Source: Candidatus Nomurabacteria bacterium RIFCSPLOWO2_01_FULL_39_18 (GTDB taxonomy: Bacteria; Patescibacteriota; Minisyncoccia; Phycocordibacterales; UBA9973). Taken from it: a stretch of 64,000 nucleotides of DNA. The stretch is from the NCBI GenBank assembly GCA_001787005.1, contig MFUV01000004.1, positions 105,770 to 169,769 on the forward strand. The letters are read 5' to 3'. Under the pieces are notes generated by a model. It saw only the letters and a program-made list of their open reading frames with translations. It made no database searches and was not told the DNA's origin. The translations under genes and the position numbers were made by a program. Positions 57,897 through 64,000 of this stretch are shown in pieces. Each line of letters begins with the position of its first letter. The first letter of the stretch is position 1.

Positions 57897-58566
57897 AAAT
57901 ATCTTTGCTAGCTTTTATTCTTAATTCTTTTTTATTTATTTTGTTGGTGAACACAACTGGAGCTCCGGTTATGATCGCGAGCGGTGTTCTTTCATCTCCC
58001 TCCCCCGTGGAGAGCACTGCCGCGGTGGCCAGGCTGTCAGCAACGTCCGTCCTTGAGAATCTCAATATTCTGCCAAAAATATCTTTTCTGCCGATATAAT
58101 TTCTAACGCCCTTAAATCCAGCATAGCCCAGAGCCAAACCTATTGCTCCCATGCGAAATGGCAAAAACCCCGAATCTGTTATTAGAACTCCTAGATTTTT
58201 CAGCCGGAATTTTTGCGCCAATTTTTTACGTAAAAATTCCGCACTCTTAAAACTATCTTTGGGTAGAAGCATGAGCTTCCCGTTACCATTTGATTCATCA
58301 ATGCCAGAAGCAGCCATAACCATCCCGTCTTTAATGGTGAACCAAGTATTTTTAGTTTTAATAGCAAGAGTGCTTTCTTGTTTTATTAAAGCAATTTTCT
58401 GTTTTTCATTTCTATGCACTACTGTTCTGCCTTCTGACAATGCGACGATCTTAGAAGTTACAACAAGAATGGACTTGTCGGGAATTTTCTTGATATGCTT
58501 AAAAATAAATTCTGGTAAATTTTCATTCTCACGAAAAATACTGGTCCTAGCCGTTTTTATTTCCAT
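57868..58566 (-). CDS. CofE-like gamma-glutamyl ligase (FolC2-like)
   Basis: TSKIVALSEG, GIDESN, ITDS, DIFGR, GEG..TP. Confidence 0.85.
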   Translation of the reverse strand: MEIKTARTSIFRENENLPEFIFKHIKKIPDKSILVVTSKIVALSEGRTVVHRNEKQKIALIKQESTLAIKTKNTWFTIKDGMVMAASGIDESNGNGKLMLLPKDSFKSAEFLRKKLAQKFRLKNLGVLITDSGFLPFRMGAIGLALGYAGFKGVRNYIGRKDIFGRILRFSRTDVADSLATAAVLSTGEGDERTPLAIITGAPVVFTNKINKKELRIKASKDIYAPLFNKLN

Positions 58567-58594
58567 TATTATATTTTAATATAATTGCGATAAT

Positions 58595-59302
58595 TTATAT
58601 TTTTGGTTCATGACGAAGCGCACCAAAGAGATATTTGTGTTCTATCATAAAACCAAGATTCAGGATATGCTTCTTTTCCAAGAAGGACAGAAGGTTGTTG
58701 ACTAATACAAAAGAGACACAGATACCAATCGCAAATAATGTGCGCTCAAGTGCCACAATTGGTATAAGCGATATCCAAACCGGCGCTGGTAGTGCAAAAA
58801 ACCATATCCACAAAGCACCACCGACTGCGTGAGCACTAAAAGTAGCACCAAGCGCTCGCGCTAGAAGAAATCTGTCGCGGAAAAAATAGGCAACAATCGG
58901 AATTGTCCAGAAAAGAGCAAAGTACCAAACGGTTCGGCCAATGGGATGAACAACGAAAGCAATAATCGCAAGCATTGGAATAATTAGATTTAATTTTCCT
59001 TTCCGGGTAAAATACAGCACTGCAAAAAGCATCGGCAAAAAACGAATAATTGTTCCAACATCCTCTATCATCGCTCCATGAAATAAAAAGTTGATAAACT
59101 GCATCAAAAACACTGCTATTACGCCTGGTAAACTGCCTATAAAAGCTCCTGCTACTGGTGCAAAAGCATCATACACCATGAATTTCGCTTTTGATCCTTC
59201 CAATTGGGTTATTGGAATTTGTAAAGCAATAAATCCTAAAACTGTAAAAATAACAACAAAAAGAATGTTTCTTTTTGTAAAATATTGTTTAATGTTTGAC
59301 AT
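58595..59302 (-). CDS. Integral membrane protein, ECF S-component-like
   Basis: Multiple TMs, GAFIG..PG motif. Confidence 0.55.
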   Translation of the reverse strand: MSNIKQYFTKRNILFVVIFTVLGFIALQIPITQLEGSKAKFMVYDAFAPVAGAFIGSLPGVIAVFLMQFINFLFHGAMIEDVGTIIRFLPMLFAVLYFTRKGKLNLIIPMLAIIAFVVHPIGRTVWYFALFWTIPIVAYFFRDRFLLARALGATFSAHAVGGALWIWFFALPAPVWISLIPIVALERTLFAIGICVSFVLVNNLLSFLEKKHILNLGFMIEHKYLFGALRHEPKI

Positions 59303-59327
59303 ATTGATATATTAGCACAATTACTTG

Positions 59328-59753
59328 CTATTTTACTACCTCAATGCCCATTGATCGAGCAGAACCGGCGATGATGTTAATGGCGCCCTCGTCGTCTTTA
59401 GCATTCAGATCTGCCCTTTTCTTATTGGCAATTTCTAGTGCTTGCGCTCGAGTAATTTTTCCAGCTTTCATCGCAATGTTTTTGCCGGAACCTTTTTCTA
59501 CCCCAGCCACTTTTAGAATAAGCCCTGTAACGGGCGGAGTTTTCACCACGAAATCATAGCTTCGATCTTCATAGACAGTAATAGAAACTCCCACTTTGTC
59601 TCCTGCCATCTTTGATGTTGCCGCATTGAATTTAGTGACGAAATCACCAATATTAATACCAGCCTGACCAAGCGCGGGGCCCAAGGGCGGCGCAGGAGTA
59701 GCTTTTGCAGCCTGAATTTGAAGTTTTATTTTTTTGGTTATCTTTTTTGCCAT
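59328..59753 (-). CDS. rplK: 50S ribosomal protein uL11
   Basis: [19 protein letters not shown]. Confidence 0.96.
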   Translation of the reverse strand: MAKKITKKIKLQIQAAKATPAPPLGPALGQAGINIGDFVTKFNAATSKMAGDKVGVSITVYEDRSYDFVVKTPPVTGLILKVAGVEKGSGKNIAMKAGKITRAQALEIANKKRADLNAKDDEGAINIIAGSARSMGIEVVK

Positions 59754-59771
59754 TTAAGTTTAAAGATTAGC

Positions 59772-60317
59772 TTATATTTTCTTAACTTGCAAGAAATCTA
59801 ATTCAACTGGGGTTTCACGACCAAACATTGAGACAAGTACCTTTATCTTGCCTCGTTCTTGATCCACGGAATTAATTTTCCCTTCTAGATCTTTAAACGG
59901 ACCATCTATGATTAGAATACTTTCTCCGGGGGCCATATCAATGTTGTGCTTAATAGTGCCAGCATTCATTTTCTTAAATAAATAATCCACTTCTTCCCCT
60001 TTAAGAGGAACGGGGTTGACTCCCGCGCCAACGAAACCAGTAACCCTAGGGGTGTTGCGTACAACATACCAAGAGTCGTCGGTGACGATCATATCTACCA
60101 ATACGTAACCTGGATAAATTTTTTCTTCCACTTCCACGCGCTTGCTTCCCTTTATTTTTATCTTTTTTTCAACTGGCACAATAACGTTGAAAATTTTATC
60201 GTGCATGCCCAAAGAATCAATACGCTGTTTTAGATTTCGCAAAACAACATTTTCATAACCAGCATATGTATGGATTGCGTACCAATTTCTCGCTCCCTGT
60301 GTTTCTTGTTTTGACAT
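59772..60317 (-). CDS. nusG: Transcription factor NusG
   Basis: WYAIHTYAGYE, PGYVLV, FGRETPVEL. Confidence 0.96.
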   Translation of the reverse strand: MSKQETQGARNWYAIHTYAGYENVVLRNLKQRIDSLGMHDKIFNVIVPVEKKIKIKGSKRVEVEEKIYPGYVLVDMIVTDDSWYVVRNTPRVTGFVGAGVNPVPLKGEEVDYLFKKMNAGTIKHNIDMAPGESILIIDGPFKDLEGKINSVDQERGKIKVLVSMFGRETPVELDFLQVKKI

Positions 60318-60371
60318 GAATTTAAATTACGAGTTATTAATTACGAATTTCAAATTATTAATTCGTAATTC

Positions 60372-60557
60372 TTAATTGCCAATCAACTTCTCTAAGCCCT
60401 TTGAAAAAATAAAGTCAAAAATACCCAGATAATAAGCAACTAGAACAGACAGCACGATAACTATCAGAGTATAAGAAAAGATTTGGCTTTTTTTCGGCCA
60501 TATTACATGCTTCAGTTCTGTTTTTGTTTCTTTCAAATATTCAGTAATTTTTGACAT
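60372..60557 (-). CDS. secE: Preprotein translocase SecE
   Basis: ELKHVIWP + TM; upstream of nusG. Confidence 0.92.
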   Translation of the reverse strand: MSKITEYLKETKTELKHVIWPKKSQIFSYTLIVIVLSVLVAYYLGIFDFIFSKGLEKLIGN

Positions 60558-60628
60558 TTTTTAAAAAAGCCCCCTTCAGGGCTTTCTTAAGAGTAACATT
60601 CTGAAGATTAAAAAGCAAATACTCAACT

Positions 60629-60680
60629 CACCTCACCCCTCCGCCCCTCTCCTTGCCAAGGAGAGGGGTTGGGGAGAGGT
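60629..60680. repeat. GC-rich palindromic REP-like element
   Basis: CCCCTCTCCTTG-C-CAAGGAGAGGGG with outer arms. Confidence 0.7.
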
Positions 60681-61478
60681 CTACCTTATTTCATAAGTAA
60701 TATTCACATCCGAACTTATGGTATTCTCCCCCTTCGGAACTTCTGCCGGAGCAGATGCCCCGCTATCAGAGGACATCATTTCAGCCTTGCCATAATACAT
60801 TGGCATCGGATAATTGCCATTCTCGCTAAAATTTACAATTTTTCCTAATTTCACACCCAAATCCCTCGATAAAACTTTGGCTTTTTCTTTTGCGTCATTA
60901 ATCGCTTCTTTTCTTGCTTGCGCCTTCAATGCATCTTCATCATCTATGGAAAAATTAGGACCGCTTAAATCACTGACACCCAAGCCCCCCAGCCCTTGCA
61001 TGATTTTGCCAACATCGTCAGTGTTGCGAACTTTCACCGTGATACTTTCATACGCTTCATAACCGGAAATCACATTCTTCCCCGGACGAGGCGGACAACC
61101 CCACTCACTACAAGGTATCATTATTTGATTGTCATATTTATATTCATATTTTGGATTAAAAGAAACATTTGTGGTTTTGATATCTTTTTCCGCTATGCCG
61201 TTCGCCTTCAAAAAATCCAGCGAATTTTTCTCAACTTTCGCTACGGCTTCCTGCGCTTCTTTGACCGTTTTGCCATCTTTTCTGATAGTGAAATAAACAT
61301 TGGCAATGTCGGGCACGGCAGAAATCTCTCCATGTCCCGAGAGGGTAATGCTGTTATATCCACCCGACATGCGATAAGACTTCCATTCAGAAACTAGTTT
61401 CACTGCAAAAAACAATGAAATAATAATAATAAAACCCAAGCCCGCTCTATATAGATTTTTTATGTATTCATTCGGCAT
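60681..61478 (-). CDS. SIMPL (DUF541) domain protein
   Basis: G.G...AVPD.A, A..DAKEKA, V.ITYEI. Confidence 0.88.
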   Translation of the reverse strand: MPNEYIKNLYRAGLGFIIIISLFFAVKLVSEWKSYRMSGGYNSITLSGHGEISAVPDIANVYFTIRKDGKTVKEAQEAVAKVEKNSLDFLKANGIAEKDIKTTNVSFNPKYEYKYDNQIMIPCSEWGCPPRPGKNVISGYEAYESITVKVRNTDDVGKIMQGLGGLGVSDLSGPNFSIDDEDALKAQARKEAINDAKEKAKVLSRDLGVKLGKIVNFSENGNYPMPMYYGKAEMMSSDSGASAPAEVPKGENTISSDVNITYEIR

Positions 61479-61504
61479 ACAAGTAATTATATATAGCTAA
61501 AAAA

Positions 61505-62536
61505 TTAAATCAAGTTGACTTCTGGAATAAGTTTAATCTTAAATTTATCGAAAACTGAATTAGTTATCTTCTCCGCCAAATTTTTAATTTCTTCTCCGCT
61601 TGCTCCGCCATAATTCACAATCACTAACGCTTGTCTCTCGTGTACCCCCACATTGCCTAACTTATACCCCTTCCAGCTTGTCCCATTTGCGGGACCGCAT
61701 TGTTCAATCAACCAAGCAGATGGAATTTTTGTCAGGTTGTCTTCTCTAAAATGCGGCATATCCGGATATTTCTGGAGAAGGTTTTTTAACTTTTCCTGTT
61801 CCATAAAAATATTTTTGAAAAAACTGCCGGCATTGCCGATAATTTTAGGATCTGGTAATTTGTTTTTACGAATCATTGTTACCGCATCGCTTATGTCTCT
61901 GGGGCTTTTTATTATAATTTTGTTTTTTTCTAGATATTCTTGTAGAATTTTATAGCTTATATTTTTCTTCTCAATTTTGCTTAATTTTAAAGTTATGGCA
62001 AAAATAAAATACTTCTCTTTTAATTCATTTTTAAAAATGCTGTCTCGATAGCCTAATTCACATTCGTCTCTAGTAAAAATTCTTTTTGTCCCGTCCTCGG
62101 TAGAAAAAGTCTCTACATTTTCTAAAATATTTTTGAGTTCTGCCCCGTAGGCACCAACATTCTGCATCGGGGCGGCTCCTACGGTTCCTGGAATAAATGC
62201 TAAATTTTCAATCCCCCAATACTCACGATCAACAGCAAAGAGAACTAGATCATGCCAGATTTCTCCAGACATCGCGCGGATCAAAACCTCGGTCGTAGTT
62301 TCGCTTAAAACTTCAATGCCTTTCAGGTTATTTAGAACAACCAAGCCATCAAGATCACCGGTGAATAGAACATTGCTACCTCCGCCAAGAAATATTTTCT
62401 TATTTTCTTTAAACTCCGGCAGGGCAAAAAGCTCCGTCAGGTCTGCGGGATCGTTTATTTCGGTAAAAAGTTTGGCACGAGCAGACACCCCAAAAGTATT
62501 TAATTCAGTCAGATCGTAATCTCGGTAAATTTTCAT
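61505..62536 (-). CDS. murB: UDP-N-acetylmuramate dehydrogenase
   Basis: GGGSN, IPGTVGAAP, YRDS, AGSFFKN, PEV. Confidence 0.95.
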   Translation of the reverse strand: MKIYRDYDLTELNTFGVSARAKLFTEINDPADLTELFALPEFKENKKIFLGGGSNVLFTGDLDGLVVLNNLKGIEVLSETTTEVLIRAMSGEIWHDLVLFAVDREYWGIENLAFIPGTVGAAPMQNVGAYGAELKNILENVETFSTEDGTKRIFTRDECELGYRDSIFKNELKEKYFIFAITLKLSKIEKKNISYKILQEYLEKNKIIIKSPRDISDAVTMIRKNKLPDPKIIGNAGSFFKNIFMEQEKLKNLLQKYPDMPHFREDNLTKIPSAWLIEQCGPANGTSWKGYKLGNVGVHERQALVIVNYGGASGEEIKNLAEKITNSVFDKFKIKLIPEVNLI

Positions 62537-62537
62537 A

Positions 62538-63068
62538 TTACAAGATCTCTTTTTCCAGTCTTTTTTCTATCTCTTCTTCACTCAGTGGGCGTAGCATCTT
62601 CCGCAGCTCTGGATCTTCTGATAAATCTATTCCTTGCTTCTCGAGCAGGAGAGACATCATCTTCATAAGTTTGGTAACTTCTCGTTCTGAAATGAGATTT
62701 AATTGCAGATGAGTTTCTTCTCGCAAGTCGTCTACTTTGGCCGTGCGGTTTTGCGAGATAAGCACGAAAATCGCGAGGATGATCGCCTCGAGGGACACTA
62801 TGTTGGTCAGTAGATTGAAAGGAAAAGGATCAAATGGGGGGACAGACGCTATTTGGTTAGTATTGATAAGTATCCAACCAATGAATAAAAATACGTTGAA
62901 CAATAAAAAGGTGTTGCTCCCGAAATTCTCCGTCATGAAGTCCGCCATTTTTTCCGTAATCGTCCGCCGGGCATCTGCCTTCGCCTTAATGCTACGAAAG
63001 ACTCTTTTACGGGCTTCTTCATTCTCGCCAAAGAGTAACTTCAAAAATGAAATATTATTATTAGCCAT
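62538..63068 (-). CDS. DUF1003 membrane protein
   Basis: FDPFPFNLL, LISQNR. Confidence 0.88.
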   Translation of the reverse strand: MANNNISFLKLLFGENEEARKRVFRSIKAKADARRTITEKMADFMTENFGSNTFLLFNVFLFIGWILINTNQIASVPPFDPFPFNLLTNIVSLEAIILAIFVLISQNRTAKVDDLREETHLQLNLISEREVTKLMKMMSLLLEKQGIDLSEDPELRKMLRPLSEEEIEKRLEKEIL

Positions 63069-63074
63069 TATTCT

Positions 63075-64000
63075 CTAATTATACAATTTCTGTATCTTTT
63101 CAGCCAGCTCATAACTATTCCCGTGCCCAATTAACCCTAAATAAGATTGAATCGTTTCTGGTTTTGGATCGTCGCCCACATTTTTTAACATTCTTCGCTT
63201 TGTACTCGTCCTTAAAACTCTATGATGAGCAAAGTGTACCCAACCAAGGAAATCAATGCCGGAAGCAATGGTTTTGATAAAAACTTTATCTGGATGTAAT
63301 TGTAATTTAAGCTTTTCTTCTAAAAATTTAGAGATTTTAGGTAAAATATTTTCTAGACACATTCTGTTCGGCCCTAAAATGACAAAATCATCTGCGTATC
63401 GGATATAGTATTTCACTTTCAATTCCCTTTTCATGAACTGATCAAATTCATTCATGTAGATATTCACAAGAAGCTGACTGGTAAGATTCCCGAGTGGCAA
63501 CCCCTTTTTGCATATATCAGCTAAAGCGTAAATGTGTATTTTGGAAGAAAAACTATCTAAAACTTGCGACAGTAACCAAAGAAGGTTTTTGTCTCTTATA
63601 TGTTTTTCTAAAATTTTCTTCAAAATTCGATGATCAATATTCGCAAAGAATTTTTTAATGTCGCATTTCAATACCCAACATGTTTGTGTATTGTTTTTTG
63701 AAACTTTTCGGAAAAAGCTTCGAAACCTGTTTATGGCCTTGTGTGTACCTTTATTTATCCTGCAAGAATAGGAGTCATAGATAAACTTGGAGTCGAAATA
63801 TTCATAAAGCTCCTGGTATATTAGATGGTGAAGTATTCTATCTCTAACCGTCGCTTTGTGTATTTGCCTCGGTTTCGGATCAGAAATGTTGAAAGCTGTA
63901 TAGCTCCCATGTTTATAGGTTTTGTTTTTTAAGTCATTATATAAATCAAAAATATTGTCCATCAACTTAGCTTGAAATAAGATAACATCTTTGCGACCTT
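63075..64000 (-). CDS. Reverse transcriptase of DGR type, N-terminus beyond window edge
   Basis: KPRQIH, RDR.LHH, CDIKKFF, GLPLGNLTSQ, YIRYADD, IDFLG; frame open to 64000. Confidence 0.88.
   Translation of the reverse strand, partial: GRKDVILFQAKLMDNIFDLYNDLKNKTYKHGSYTAFNISDPKPRQIHKATVRDRILHHLIYQELYEYFDSKFIYDSYSCRINKGTHKAINRFRSFFRKVSKNNTQTCWVLKCDIKKFFANIDHRILKKILEKHIRDKNLLWLLSQVLDSFSSKIHIYALADICKKGLPLGNLTSQLLVNIYMNEFDQFMKRELKVKYYIRYADDFVILGPNRMCLENILPKISKFLEEKLKLQLHPDKVFIKTIASGIDFLGWVHFAHHRVLRTSTKRRMLKNVGDDPKPETIQSYLGLIGHGNSYELAEKIQKLYN

Noticed and set aside
367-63078. Numerous antisense/overlapping ORFs in the six-frame track (e.g. 33980-34474, 42078-42521, 58151-58579)
   Set aside because: Shadow frames of well-supported genes with no motifs or expression signals
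63075-64000. Group II intron or retron
   Set aside because: No domain V/VI downstream (next gene starts 6 bp after the stop), no maturase domain, no VTG retron motif; SQ motif favours DGR

Overview
64 kb of an AT-rich bacterial chromosome, almost certainly Patescibacteria/CPR (Parcubacteria, Nomurabacteria-like). This is inferred from no rpmD in the spc operon, no rplA after rplK, pervasive leaderless genes and many short palindromic insertions. Contents: a type IV pilus locus, a large secreted beta-helix/lipase protein, recG, tRNA-Ile(UAU), ftsH, tmRNA+smpB, infC-rpmI-rplT, a probable compact 6S RNA, three CYTH paralogues around ndk, a VirD4/HerA-like ATPase, the str-S10-spc ribosomal protein cluster (interrupted several times), late pyrimidine genes, thyA-folA with a putative folate-salvage module, secE-nusG-rplK, murB and a DGR-type reverse transcriptase cut by the right edge. 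Most notable signals: (1) a ~0.86 kb array of three ~285-bp self-contained expression cassettes (promoter, GAAAGGAG(G) SD, tiny basic ORF, GC hairpins) between rplB and rpsS, two of which share borders but carry unrelated cargo; (2) two stand-alone Cas2-fold/PaaX-like genes, each bracketed by its own long palindrome, with the perfect palindromes sharing an ACGC-N4-GCGT core; (3) ~118-bp TIR elements inserted exactly at start codons; (4) several palindrome families inserted in-frame in conserved proteins. No database searches were run; all calls come from reading sequence and translations.
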